From the NCBI GenBank assembly GCA_963763775.1, contig CAVXPZ010000004.1, positions 192,001 through 256,000 of the forward strand: a DNA stretch of 64,000 bases. Direction: 5' to 3'. The DNA is from an uncultured Chloroflexia bacterium (GTDB taxonomy: Bacteria; Chloroflexota; Limnocylindria; Limnocylindrales; CSP1-4). Position numbers and translations under genes: made by a program. Shown piece by piece: positions 9,885 to 19,898 of the stretch; positions within the stretch are counted from its first letter, which is position 1; every line of letters starts with the position of its first letter. Under the pieces are notes generated by a model. That model made no database searches. It had not been told where the DNA came from and saw only the letters and a program-made list of their open reading frames with translations.

Positions 9885-11218
9885 GTCGACGCCCCGGCGG
9901 AGGCCGGCAGCCCAAGGACGGCCCCGTCGGCGCGGAGGTGCGAGAGCAGCCTGTCCACCGGGACCGCCCGCACGTCCTCGCCGGCCGTCGCGGCGAGCGC
10001 GGCGGCGGTGCCGGCGGCCTGGCCCATCGCCATGCACTGCGCCATCGACCGGATCGCGGCATGCGCCTCATGGGTCGCCGAGAAGCAGCGGCCGGCGACG
10101 AGTGCGTTCGTGCCGTCGCGGACGACCAACGACCGCCACGGGATGCCGACTGCGCTGCCGTCGGCGAGGTAGCGCCACGTCGTCCCGTCGCCGGCGCCGC
10201 CATGGTGGTCCTCGATCGGCGCCCCGCACAGGCCGATCTGGTCGTCGAACTGGCGGGCGGCCAGGACGTCGTCGCCGGTCACCCGGTAGTCCCCATGGAC
10301 CCGGCGGGTCTCGCGGACGCCGACGCGGGTCCCGAGCGATACGAGGGCGGCCCGTTCGTAGCCCGGCACACGGTCGACGAGGAACCGCGCGTACTCGAGG
10401 GCCTGTCGACGGCCGGCGATCTCCAACTCGGTCAGGACGTCGGGGTCCGACGCGTTGCGGACCCGGCCCGCATCGTCGCGGCGGACCTGGTCCAGCCGGG
10501 TCATGATCGTGGCGGTCACGCCGTCGATGGGGGTGAGGTGATCGCTGCCCTCTCGCCGCGGCAGGTCGTACCCATCAGCGGCGGCCTCGGCCATCAGCTC
10601 GTGGAGTCGGGTCTTGTCCACGGTCCGGCGGGCCTCGGCGTCGACGTTGGCCATGCGGAACGTCGCCGTCGCGGTCTGGGCGGGCGCGTCCGCCCCGGCG
10701 AGCTCGTACCCGAACCCGGCGAGATGGCAGAGGTCGGCGTCTCCCGACGCATCGATGAACACCGCACCCCGCACCGTCCGGAGGCCACCGCGGGTCGCGA
10801 CCACGACCTCCTCGACCCGGCCGTCCCGAACGCGGGCGTCGACGACCACCGCGTGCAGCAGGATCCGGGCGCCGGCGGCCTGGACGAGCCGCTCCCACAC
10901 CACCTTGAGGTGCTCCGCGACGTAGGTCACCCCGGTCCCGGCCCCATACGTGTTCGGCCGCTCGATGACCGGGCCGAGGGCACGAAGCCCGTCGACGACC
11001 TCGTCGGCGATCCCGCCCACGACCTTCCGCGACCGCGATCCCGGTGTGTAGAACCCGTAGAAGGTGTCCAGCACGGCCGTCGACGTGCCTCCCAGGAACG
11101 GCAACGCCTCGATCAGCAGGGTCCGCGCTCCGCCACGGGCCGCCGCGATGGCGGCGGCCGAACCGGCCGACCCGCTCCCGACGACGACGACGTCGAAGGC
11201 GCCGTAGGCCTCGGTCAA
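9881..11218 (-). CDS. FAD-dependent oxidoreductase (FAD_oxidored family)
   Basis: 445 aa: DVVVVGSGSAG, FIDASGDAD, GVRETRR, LVAGRCFS, CMAMGQAAG. Confidence 0.9.
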   Translation of the reverse strand: MTEAYGAFDVVVVGSGSAGSAAAIAAARGGARTLLIEALPFLGGTSTAVLDTFYGFYTPGSRSRKVVGGIADEVVDGLRALGPVIERPNTYGAGTGVTYVAEHLKVVWERLVQAAGARILLHAVVVDARVRDGRVEEVVVATRGGLRTVRGAVFIDASGDADLCHLAGFGYELAGADAPAQTATATFRMANVDAEARRTVDKTRLHELMAEAAADGYDLPRREGSDHLTPIDGVTATIMTRLDQVRRDDAGRVRNASDPDVLTELEIAGRRQALEYARFLVDRVPGYERAALVSLGTRVGVRETRRVHGDYRVTGDDVLAARQFDDQIGLCGAPIEDHHGGAGDGTTWRYLADGSAVGIPWRSLVVRDGTNALVAGRCFSATHEAHAAIRSMAQCMAMGQAAGTAAALAATAGEDVRAVPVDRLLSHLRADGAVLGLPASAGAST

Positions 11219-12499
11219 CTCGCGCGCCCCAGGCCCAGGTCCGGCGCCATCGTCGGGTCGCCCGCGCCGATCCAGCGGCCGATCGACTCACGGGCGAAGA
11301 TCTGGTCGCCGACCATCGACGAGGCCCCGATGACGCCGGCGAGCCCGCCCAGCGACGAGCGCTGGATGAGCAGCTCTCGCGTCGCGAGCGGCAGGGACCG
11401 CCGATACACGGATTCGCGGATGGAGGCCAGGAACAGGTCCGGGCTGCTCGCGACCCCGCCACCGATGACGATCAGGGATGGGTTGAAGAAGTTGACCACG
11501 CTGGCGAGCATCGAGCCGATGCGCCGGCCGGCGGCGGCGATCAGGGCCACGGCCACTGCGTCACCGAAGGAGGCCGCGCGGGCGACGTCCTGGGCGGACA
11601 CGGCGCCGTACTGGTCGTACGCGAGGCGCAAGCGCGGCGAGCGTCCGTCCAGCGCCGCCGCCTCGCCGTCGCGCGCCAGTGCCGCCCCGCCCGCGAGCGA
11701 CTCAAGGCAGCCGACGTTCCCGCAACGGCAGAGGACCGCGGGGTCGTCGACGACCTGGATGTGCCCGACGTCACCGGCGCTGCCCTGGGCACCGCGATGC
11801 AGGTGGCCGTCGGAGATGATCCCGGCGCCGATGCCGGTCCCCACCTTGACGAAGACGACGTTGTCGTGGCCGGCCGCGATGCCCGACCGCCACTCCCCCA
11901 GCGCCAGGACGTTCACGTCGTTGTCGATCCAGACCGGGAGCGCCGTAGCGCTCGACGAACCGCTCACGGATCGGATAGCCATCCCAGCCGGGCATGATCG
12001 GCGGCGAGATCGGCCGACCGGACTCGAACTCGACGGGTCCCGGGACACCGATCCCGATCCCCCACAGCCGACCCGGGACGCCCTGGGTCGTCCGGAGCAG
12101 CGACTCGAAGAGGAGGTCGACCCGGTCGAGGCACGCTTCCGGTCCGGCCTCGATCCTGGCCGGCTCGTCGTGGTGGCCGAGGATGCGCCCGTCCAGGCTG
12201 GTGACCGCCACGTCGATGCTGGTCGCGCCGAGGTCCGCCACGAGGACGTGGCCGGCGTCCGCGTGGAACGAGAGCTGACGCGGTGGCCGTCCGCCCGTGC
12301 TCGGGCCGAAGTCGCCCTCGGTGACCAGGCCGCGGTCCACGAGCTCGCCGACCCGCTGGGCCACGATGGCCCGACCGAGGCCGGTCCGCGCGACAAGGTC
12401 GGAGCGCGACCGCGACCGCCCGAGGCGGATCTCGTCGAGCACGGTCACGAGCGCGTCGAGGGCCTCGTCCGCGAGCGGCGCGTGCAGGTGAGGCTCCAT
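11215..12499 (-). CDS. ROK family transcriptional regulator (apparent +1 frameshift near 11937)
   Basis: N-terminal HTH plus STGGRPP and DLGAT in ORF 11771..12562. WIDNDVN, GTGIGAG and CRCGNVGCLE in ORF 11215..12396. Confidence 0.9.
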
Positions 12500-12540
12500 G
12501 GCGGCGCCATCATACGCTCCCTTCGTCCGCTCGACGGGTG

Positions 12541-12565
12541 ACTTTTGCACTTGACAGTTCAAAGT
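12541..12565. promoter_or_regulatory. Candidate ROK operator ACTTT-N15-AAAGT containing TTGACA
   Basis: AT-rich inverted repeat about 40 bp upstream of the ROK gene start, in otherwise very GC-rich DNA. Confidence 0.45.
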
Positions 12566-12664
12566 ATCATCAGCATGAGCGCGTCCCCGACCGGCGACCT
12601 GATCGTGTCCGGCCCGTCCCGATGGCCGACACCGAAGCGAGACCGCGCGGCCGCCAGTGTAAGA

Positions 12665-12674
12665 TGTCTAGACA
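12665..12674. promoter_or_regulatory. GntR/HutC (DasR/NagR-like) operator TGTCTAGACA, copy 1
   Basis: Perfect palindrome 30 nt upstream of the 12705 start; repeated at 45597 and 48290. Confidence 0.8.
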
Positions 12675-12704
12675 GGTTCGGCCACAGGAGATGGTGAGCT
12701 GTAC

Positions 12705-13889
12705 ATGACGCGAGGGTTCGCCGACATCGGAGCCGCGGTCATCGGAACCGGCTTCATCGGCACGGTCCACGTGCAGGCACTCCGCCGCATCGGTGTCCAG
12801 GTCCGAGGCGTCCTCGGCAGCACGGCCGAGCGCGGCGCGATCCGGGCCGAGGCCCTCGGCGTGCCGCGGGCCTACACGTCGCTCGCCGACCTCCTGGACG
12901 ACCCGGGCGTCGAGGTCGTGCACGTGACCTCGCCCAACGACCTGCACGTCGAGCAATCGCTGGCCATCCTGGCGGCGGGCCGGCACGTCGTGTGCGAGAA
13001 GCCGCTGGCGATGACCGCCGGCGGGTCTGCCGAGTTGGTGGCCGCCGCCGAGGCGACCGGACTCGTGAACGCGGTCAACTTCAACATCCGCCACTACCCG
13101 CTCAACCAGCATGCCCACGAGGTCGTGGCGGCTGGGACGATCGGGGATGTCCGGCTGGTCACGGGCCGCTATTTCCAGGACTGGCTCCTCCTCCCCAGTG
13201 ACTGGAATTGGCGGCTCCGACCAGACCGGGGCGGCACGCTCCGCGCCGTCGGCGACATCGGCTCGCACTGGCTGGACCTCATGACGTTCGTGACGGGGCA
13301 GCGGATCGTCGCGGTCATGGCGGACCTCGCGACGTTCATCCCCGTGCGCGAGGAGCCCACGGGGCCGGTCGAGACCTTCTCCACGGAACGGACCACGGCC
13401 ACGACGCCCCGGGCGATCCAGACCGAGGATGCCGCCACCATCCTCCTGCGCTTCGAGAACGGTGCGCGCGGCGCGCTGAGCGTCTCGCAGATCAGCCCGG
13501 GCCGGAAGAACTCGCTCGTCTGGGAGGTCGACGGCTCCGACGGCGCCCTCGCCTGGGACTCGGAGAACCCGGATCAGATCTGGCAGGGGCACCGCGAGCG
13601 GCCGAACGAGATCCTGATCAAGGACCCGTCGCTGATGGGCGACGCCGGGCGCACCACGGCGGCCCTCCCGGGCGGCCACGTCGAAGGGTTCGCGGACACG
13701 TTCGCGGCGTTGTTCCGGGCGATCCACACCGACGTCGCCCGCGGCGGGCCGTCGGCGCGACCCGCCTACCCCACGTTCGCCGACGGCCACGACGAGATGC
13801 TCGTCAACGACGCCATCGCCGAGAGCGCCCGCACGGCCCGCTGGGTGGACGTGGCCCGCGCCCCGGCCGACATCGTGGCCGTCCGATGA
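12705..13889 (+). CDS. Gfo/Idh/MocA family NAD(P)-dependent oxidoreductase
   Basis: 394 aa: IGTGFIG, HVVCEKPLA, DIGSHWLD. Confidence 0.93.
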   Translation: MTRGFADIGAAVIGTGFIGTVHVQALRRIGVQVRGVLGSTAERGAIRAEALGVPRAYTSLADLLDDPGVEVVHVTSPNDLHVEQSLAILAAGRHVVCEKPLAMTAGGSAELVAAAEATGLVNAVNFNIRHYPLNQHAHEVVAAGTIGDVRLVTGRYFQDWLLLPSDWNWRLRPDRGGTLRAVGDIGSHWLDLMTFVTGQRIVAVMADLATFIPVREEPTGPVETFSTERTTATTPRAIQTEDAATILLRFENGARGALSVSQISPGRKNSLVWEVDGSDGALAWDSENPDQIWQGHRERPNEILIKDPSLMGDAGRTTAALPGGHVEGFADTFAALFRAIHTDVARGGPSARPAYPTFADGHDEMLVNDAIAESARTARWVDVARAPADIVAVR

Positions 13890-13928
13890 CCCGATCATCC
13901 CTGCCCGCCTGAGACCGGAGGTCGATCG

Positions 13929-14945
13929 ATGCAGCTGGGCCTGCTGACCGCGCCGTTCCCCGAGACCCCCCTGATGGAGGTCGCGGACTGGACCGCCGCC
14001 AACGGCTTCGAGAGCCTCGAGATCGCGTGCTGGCCGCGCACGACCGGCCCGACCCGCCGCTATGCCGGCACGAGCCACATCGACGTCGCGAACCTGACGG
14101 CGAGCCAGGGCCGGGAGATCGTCGAGGAGATCGCGGGCAAGGGCCTGGCCATCTCCGGCCTCGGCTACTACCCGAACCCGCTCCATCCCGACCTCGAGCA
14201 CCGGGCGATGGTCATCGACCATCTCCAGGCGGTCATCCGGGCGGCCGAGGGGATGGGTATCGGGCTCGTCAACACGTTCATGGGCGGCGATGCCGCCAAG
14301 CATGTCGACGACAACTGGGCGGTCGCCCTCGAAGTCTGGCCGGACATCGTCCGCTACGCGCAGGACCACGGGGTCAAGCTGACCATCGAGAACTGCCCGA
14401 TGCTCTTCAGCTACGACGAGTGGCCTGGCGGGAACAACATCGCGTCGTCGCCGTACATCTGGCGACGGATCATCGAACAGTGGGGCGGGACCGTCGGGAT
14501 CAACTTCGACCCGTCGCATCTCGTCCTCACGATGATCGACATGGGCCGGTTCCTGCGCGAGTTCGCGCCGCACATCCTCCACGTCCAGGCGAAGGACCTG
14601 ATGATCGACCGCGACGGGCTCTACGAGCGCGGGATCCTCTCGGCCGGGATCGGCTGGCAGGTGCCACGCATCCCGGGACTCGGCGAGGTCGACTGGCGCG
14701 TCATGTTCTCCGAGCTCTACCGGGGCGGGTATGACGGCCACATCATCATCGAGCACGAGGACCGCGTCTTCGAAGGCACCGACGAGCGCGTGAAACGCGG
14801 CTTCCTCGTCGCCCGCGACGTCCTGCGGCCGTACATCAAGATGACGCCGCCGATGACTCGACTTCCCCACCCGAGCGTCGGTCTCGGCGCCGACCGCTTG
14901 CCACGCTCATCCCGTCGATGCCGATCGCGCGCACGCAGGAGGTGA
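13929..14945 (+). CDS. Sugar phosphate isomerase/epimerase (xylose-isomerase-like TIM barrel); true stop probably TGA 14842-14844 after a +1 error
   Basis: IENC, NFDPSH, HVQAKD, IIEHED metal motifs. The tail after LRPYIK looks non-homologous. Confidence 0.88.
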   Translation: MQLGLLTAPFPETPLMEVADWTAANGFESLEIACWPRTTGPTRRYAGTSHIDVANLTASQGREIVEEIAGKGLAISGLGYYPNPLHPDLEHRAMVIDHLQAVIRAAEGMGIGLVNTFMGGDAAKHVDDNWAVALEVWPDIVRYAQDHGVKLTIENCPMLFSYDEWPGGNNIASSPYIWRRIIEQWGGTVGINFDPSHLVLTMIDMGRFLREFAPHILHVQAKDLMIDRDGLYERGILSAGIGWQVPRIPGLGEVDWRVMFSELYRGGYDGHIIIEHEDRVFEGTDERVKRGFLVARDVLRPYIKMTPPMTRLPHPSVGLGADRLPRSSRRCRSRARRR

Positions 14946-15054
14946 CCCCGACATAATGCGAAGGCACACACCCCGGGGAGAGGGGGCCGTGTTCAACCGA
15001 GCGCACAGCTCGCCGGCGACGCCGACGAGTGCGCCATTCTTCGAGGAGGAGCAC

Positions 15055-16248
15055 ATGACAGGACAGGGCACGACCCGGGCCAGATGGCTCGTGGGTCTCG
15101 TGGCCGTCGCGACGATCGCCGTCGCATGCACGAGCAGCGGGTCGTCCGCTGCGCCGAGCGCGGCAGCGCCGAGCGCCGCGGCGCCGAGCGCGGCAGCGCC
15201 GAGCGCCGCGGCATCCGCGGCGGCGCCGAGCGCGGCCGCCAAGATGTACAAGATCGGGTTCTCGAACACCGGCGGGACCGGCAACGGCTTCCGCGAGGAG
15301 CAGAACTGCACCGCGAAGGCCGAGGCCCTCTCGTCGGGCGAGGTCTCGCAGATCACCGTGACCACGCATGACACGGACTCAGCCGGCCAGCTCCAGGACC
15401 TTCGCGACCTGATCGCGAAGGGCGTGGACGCCCTGGTCTTCAACCCGAGCTCGCCCGATGCGCTGAACCCGGCGCTCGCCGAGGCCAAGGCCGCGGGGAT
15501 CAAGACCGTCGCGGTCGACGCGTACGTCACCGACCCCGACACCTACAACCTGTACAACAACCAGATCAACTACGCGTACCTCGGCGCCAAGTGGCTGTTC
15601 GAACAGCTCAAGGGCACCGGGAACGTCTACTACATGCGCGGCATCGCCGGGCATCCGGCCGATAGCGACCGCGACATCGGGTTCAAGAAGGCCCTCGCCG
15701 AGTACCCGAACATCAAGGTCGTCCCGAACGCGGACGGCGTCGCCACCGGATGGGATCCGGCTGTGGCCACGAAGCTGGCCAACGAGTTCATCTCGAGCGG
15801 CCAGTACGACAAGATCCAGGGCATCTGGACCTCCGGCATCGATTCCGAGGTCGTGGACGCCATCAAGGCCGCGGGCAAGAAGTTCGTGCCGATCGTCGGG
15901 ACGGACCGCGGCTCGTTCACCAAGCAGCTCCTTGACGCGACGAACTATCCCGGCCTGCAGGGTGCGGCCGTGACCAACACCGCCGCCGTCGGTGGTGCTG
16001 GCGTCGCCCTGGCACTGAAGCTCCTGAACGGCGAGACGGTGACGACGGATCCGTCGGCCACCCAGCCGAACACCGTCCTCCTGACCCCGGTCATCGCCGA
16101 CAACCTCACGGACGCCGGCAAGGCCACCCTGGACTCCTGGCAGTCGGTCAAGGGGCTCACGCCCACCTGGCCGCTCGGCCTCGAGATCCCGGACTGGACC
16201 ACGTACACCCCGGATCAGGCCGTCGCCTGCAAGGGCCCGGGCGAGTAA
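15055..16248 (+). CDS. Monosaccharide ABC transporter substrate-binding lipoprotein (RbsB-like)
   Basis: GAGGAGG RBS, lipobox AVAC, PSAAA linker, KIGFSN...GVDALVFNP periplasmic-binding fold. Confidence 0.92.
   Translation: MTGQGTTRARWLVGLVAVATIAVACTSSGSSAAPSAAAPSAAAPSAAAPSAAASAAAPSAAAKMYKIGFSNTGGTGNGFREEQNCTAKAEALSSGEVSQITVTTHDTDSAGQLQDLRDLIAKGVDALVFNPSSPDALNPALAEAKAAGIKTVAVDAYVTDPDTYNLYNNQINYAYLGAKWLFEQLKGTGNVYYMRGIAGHPADSDRDIGFKKALAEYPNIKVVPNADGVATGWDPAVATKLANEFISSGQYDKIQGIWTSGIDSEVVDAIKAAGKKFVPIVGTDRGSFTKQLLDATNYPGLQGAAVTNTAAVGGAGVALALKLLNGETVTTDPSATQPNTVLLTPVIADNLTDAGKATLDSWQSVKGLTPTWPLGLEIPDWTTYTPDQAVACKGPGE
15151..15240 (+). repeat. 15-bp tandem repeat encoding APSAA linker units
   Basis: GCGCCGAGCGCGGCA/GCGCCGAGCGCCGCG alternating four times, plus one more unit. 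A similar array lies at about 5040-5110. Confidence 0.85.
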
Positions 16249-16276
16249 CCCTCCCCCAGCCTTCGTCGCAACGACA

Positions 16277-16309
16277 ACGGGAGATGCCGGCTCGTCCGGC
16301 ATCTCCCGT
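16277..16309 (+). terminator. 14-bp stem-loop between the SBP and ATPase genes
   Basis: ACGGGAGATGCCGG-CTCGT-CCGGCATCTCCCGT; no U-tract, so more likely an mRNA stabiliser. Confidence 0.7.
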
Positions 16310-16324
16310 CACTATCGGAGACCG

Positions 16325-17914
16325 ATGACCGCGATCGCCACCGACCTCCTGCTCGAGGCGACCGACATCTCGAAGACCTATGGCGCCGTGGTCGCCCTGC
16401 GATCGGCGTCCCTGGCCGTGCGGCCGGGTGAGGTCCACGCGCTCATGGGCGCCAACGGCGCCGGCAAGAGCACCCTCGTCAAGATCCTGACCGGCGCCGT
16501 CTCGCCCGATGGCGGCACGATCGCGGTCCGGGGTCACGCGCGCACCGTCCATTCGCCCCGCGACGCGCGCCGCGGCGGCATCGTCTCGGTCTACCAGGAA
16601 CCGGCACTCATCCCCGACCTGGACATCCGGTCGAACCTGCGCCTGACCGAGACGCCCATCGAGCCCTTCCGCCACTGGCTGCGGGAGCTCGGGCTCGTCG
16701 ACCTCGACCTGTCGAGCCTGGCGCGGCGCGTGCCGCTGGCCTCGCTCCGGATCATCGACCTCGCCCGCGCCCTCGCCATCGAGCCGGACATCCTGATGCT
16801 CGACGAGATGACGGCCGCCCTGCCCGCCGACCTCACGGAACGGGTGCTGGAGGTCATCGGCGGCCGGCGGGGCGGGGACCACTCCGTCATCTTCATCTCG
16901 CACCGCATGATCGAGATCGCGGCGGTCTGCGATCGCGCGACCGTCCTCCGCGAGGGGGTGACCGTCGGCGTGGTCGACGTCGCCCCGGGCTCCGAGGAGA
17001 AGATCGTCGAGCTCATGCTCGGGCAGGTCGCGTCGGAGGTGCCCGCGGCGGCAGACCGCGAGTCCGAAGCGGAGAGGCCAGAAGACGCCGTCCCGCGCCT
17101 CACGGCGCGCGATCTCAGCGCCGGCCACAACCTGACCGACGTGTCCTTCGACCTCTACCCCGGCGAGGTCCTCGGCGTCGTCGCGCTCGAGGGCCAGGGG
17201 CAGGACGAGCTGTTCGACATCCTGGCCGGCTCCGTGCGGCCCAGCTCCGGTGAATTGCTCGTCGACGGCTCGGCGGTCTCCTTCCGGCACCCGGCCGATG
17301 CCATCCGCGCCGGCCTGGTGTACGTGCCGGCCGACCGCGCCGAGGCGTTGCTGATGCAGCGGTCCGTCCGCGAGAACATCGCCCTCCCGTATGCCGCTCG
17401 ACTGCGCCGGTGGGGCCTCATCAACGCGGGCCAGGAACGCAAGAGGGTCGACAGCGGGATCGCGACCCTTCAGATCGACACGCGCGCTCAGGGCGAAGTC
17501 CGGCGCCTGTCTGGCGGGAACCAGCAGAAGGTGACCATCGCCCGATGGGTGGCCGGAGGGGTGCGCACGATGTTGTGCTTCGACCCCACCCGCGGCATCG
17601 ACATCCGGACCAAGCAGCAGATCTATCTCCTCCTGCGTGAGCTGGCCCAGGCTGGCGCCGCGGTCCTGCTGTACACCTCGGAGCTCAAGGAGGTCCAGCT
17701 CGCCTGCGACCGGGCGATCGTGATCTTCGGCGGGCGTGTGGTCGCCGAGATCCCCGTCAACGAGGCCGATGAGCCGACGCTCCTGCGCGCTGCGTACAAC
17801 CTGCGATCCGGCGCGTTGATGCCTGAGGAGGTCGTCGCCGAGGCCATCTCGTCCGGCGAGCTCGCCCGGACGGACGGGCCGGCGTCGGCGCCTCCGCCGG
17901 AGGTCGACCGATGA
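16325..17914 (+). CDS. Sugar ABC transporter ATP-binding protein (RbsA/MglA type)
   Basis: 529 aa: GANGAGKST, LSGGNQQKV, two ABC domains. Confidence 0.95.
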   Translation: MTAIATDLLLEATDISKTYGAVVALRSASLAVRPGEVHALMGANGAGKSTLVKILTGAVSPDGGTIAVRGHARTVHSPRDARRGGIVSVYQEPALIPDLDIRSNLRLTETPIEPFRHWLRELGLVDLDLSSLARRVPLASLRIIDLARALAIEPDILMLDEMTAALPADLTERVLEVIGGRRGGDHSVIFISHRMIEIAAVCDRATVLREGVTVGVVDVAPGSEEKIVELMLGQVASEVPAAADRESEAERPEDAVPRLTARDLSAGHNLTDVSFDLYPGEVLGVVALEGQGQDELFDILAGSVRPSSGELLVDGSAVSFRHPADAIRAGLVYVPADRAEALLMQRSVRENIALPYAARLRRWGLINAGQERKRVDSGIATLQIDTRAQGEVRRLSGGNQQKVTIARWVAGGVRTMLCFDPTRGIDIRTKQQIYLLLRELAQAGAAVLLYTSELKEVQLACDRAIVIFGGRVVAEIPVNEADEPTLLRAAYNLRSGALMPEEVVAEAISSGELARTDGPASAPPPEVDR

Positions 17915-18915
17915 GCGCCGCGGCCCCCCCGCTCGATGCCACGCGAGCCCGGCCGGGCGACGCGATCGCGAGCTGGGCGCGGCGCAACGCCTGGACCCTG
18001 GGACTGGTGGTGTTCCTCGTCCTGCTGCTGATCTTCACCAAGCTCATCCAGCCGTCCTACGGCGTCACCGGCGTGCAAGGCCTCGCGATCTCGGTGCTGC
18101 CGCTCGCCCTGGCCGCCGTGGCCCAGGCGATCGTCGTCATCTCGGGCGGGATCGACCTCTCGATCGGGTCGATGATGGCCCTGACCAGCGTGGTCGCCGC
18201 GGTCCTCATGAAGGGCCAGCCCGAGGGCTTCGGTCTGGTCGTCGTCCTGCTCGTGCTGCTCCTCGGCCTGGCCCTCGGCGGGATCAACGGCAGCCTCGTG
18301 GTCGCGACACGCGTCCCGGACATCGTCGTGACCCTGGCCATGGGCTTCGTGTGGGCCGGGTTCGCGCTGCTCGTCCTGAACACGCCAGGCGGCGGCTCGG
18401 CGCAGTGGCTCAAGGACCTCGTGAAGGGGTCGCTCGGCAACGAGTGGGTCCCGAAGGCCGCCATCGTGCTGCTGGTGGTCGTGGCCGTCATCTGGATCCC
18501 GCTCCGTCGCTCGACGCTCGGCCTGTCCATCTACGCCATCGGGAGCAACCGCCTGGCAGCCTTCCGCAGCGGCGTGCCGGTCGGTCGGACGAAGGTCGCC
18601 GCCTACACCCTGACCGGGCTGTTCTCCGCGCTGGCCGGGCTGAGCCTGACCGCGAGCACGGGGATCGGGACACCGGTCCCCGGCCCGTACACCCTGCTGA
18701 GCGTGGCCGCCGTGGTCCTCGGCGGCGTCAGCCTCGCGGGCGGCCGGGGCGGCGTCTTCGGCCCGATCGTCGGCGTCCTGATCCTGTCCCTCATCCGCTC
18801 CGACATGACCTTCCTGAGCCTCGACACGAACCTCGCCGTGGTGATCCAGGGGATCATCCTCATCGTGGTGGTCATGGTCGGCAGCCTCATCCAGCTGCGC
18901 TGGCGGCGGGCATGA
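17911..18915 (+). CDS. Sugar ABC transporter permease (RbsC type)
   Basis: 334 aa: GGIDLSIG, GGVSLAGGRG. Confidence 0.95.
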   Translation: MSAAAPPLDATRARPGDAIASWARRNAWTLGLVVFLVLLLIFTKLIQPSYGVTGVQGLAISVLPLALAAVAQAIVVISGGIDLSIGSMMALTSVVAAVLMKGQPEGFGLVVVLLVLLLGLALGGINGSLVVATRVPDIVVTLAMGFVWAGFALLVLNTPGGGSAQWLKDLVKGSLGNEWVPKAAIVLLVVVAVIWIPLRRSTLGLSIYAIGSNRLAAFRSGVPVGRTKVAAYTLTGLFSALAGLSLTASTGIGTPVPGPYTLLSVAAVVLGGVSLAGGRGGVFGPIVGVLILSLIRSDMTFLSLDTNLAVVIQGIILIVVVMVGSLIQLRWRRA

Positions 18916-19898
18916 GCGTCGCGACGGACACCCGGCCACCGATGGGCGCCCGGAACGTGCGGACGCTGTTCCGCGACCGCCCGATCATCCCCCTGATCGG
19001 CTTGCTGGCCGTGCTCGTCATCCTCTCGGAGCTGGTCCGACCCGGGATCATCAGCGCCGAGTGGACCGGCGTGATGATCCAGGCGGCCATCCCGCTGGCC
19101 ATCCTGGCCGGGTGCCAGACGCTCACGATGCTCACCGGCGGCATCGACCTGTCGGTCGCCGCCGTCGCGTCCATGGCCGGCTTCGTGGTCGCCACCCTGA
19201 TCCACGGCCCCGGGCTCGAGGTGGGCCTCGTCGTCGCGCTGGTGGCGGCCGTGCTCGTCGGCCTGATCAACGGCATCGGCGTGGGCGTCTTCAAGGTCCA
19301 CCCGCTGATCATGACCCTCGGCATGAGCCTGGTCGTCCTCGGTCTCGCGAACGCCTGGCAGATCCTGACGCTGCAGACCTCCACGGGCGTGGCCGACGAA
19401 CTGCGGACACTCGGGTCCGGTCGCTTCCTCGACGTGCTGCCGAACAGCCTGATCGTCTTCATCCCGGTCGCCGCGCTGATCCTCTTCGGCCTCCGCCGGA
19501 CCGGCTATGGGCGCCTGCTCTTCGCCATCGGGGACAACCCGATCGCGGCACGCCTGGCCGGAGTTCGGGCGTGGCAGGTCCTCATCGCGCTGTACGTCCT
19601 GTCGGCGATCTTCGCGGCGATCGCCGGCTTCCTCATCTCGGGGCTGACGAATGTGGCGAGCGTCACGCTCGCCGATTCGTTCGTGCTGCCATCGGTCGCG
19701 GCCGCGGTCATCGGCGGGACCTCGATCATGGGCGGCCGAGGCGGGTATGGCGGGACGATCGTCGGGGCCTTGATCCTGACCGTCCTGTCCTCGCTCCTCT
19801 CGTCCCTCGGCTATCCCGAGGCCGTCCGGCAGATCCTGTACGGGGCGATCATCGTCGCCGTCGCCGCCGCCTACACCCGGGTCACCGGCGAGACCTGA
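18912..19898 (+). CDS. Sugar ABC transporter permease (RbsC type)
   Basis: ATGA overlap; GGIDLSV, IGGTSIMGGRG. Confidence 0.94.
   Translation: MSVATDTRPPMGARNVRTLFRDRPIIPLIGLLAVLVILSELVRPGIISAEWTGVMIQAAIPLAILAGCQTLTMLTGGIDLSVAAVASMAGFVVATLIHGPGLEVGLVVALVAAVLVGLINGIGVGVFKVHPLIMTLGMSLVVLGLANAWQILTLQTSTGVADELRTLGSGRFLDVLPNSLIVFIPVAALILFGLRRTGYGRLLFAIGDNPIAARLAGVRAWQVLIALYVLSAIFAAIAGFLISGLTNVASVTLADSFVLPSVAAAVIGGTSIMGGRGGYGGTIVGALILTVLSSLLSSLGYPEAVRQILYGAIIVAVAAAYTRVTGET

Noticed and set aside
15151-15240. CRISPR-like short repeats
   Set aside because: Contiguous 15-bp in-frame coding repeats with no spacers and no cas genes.
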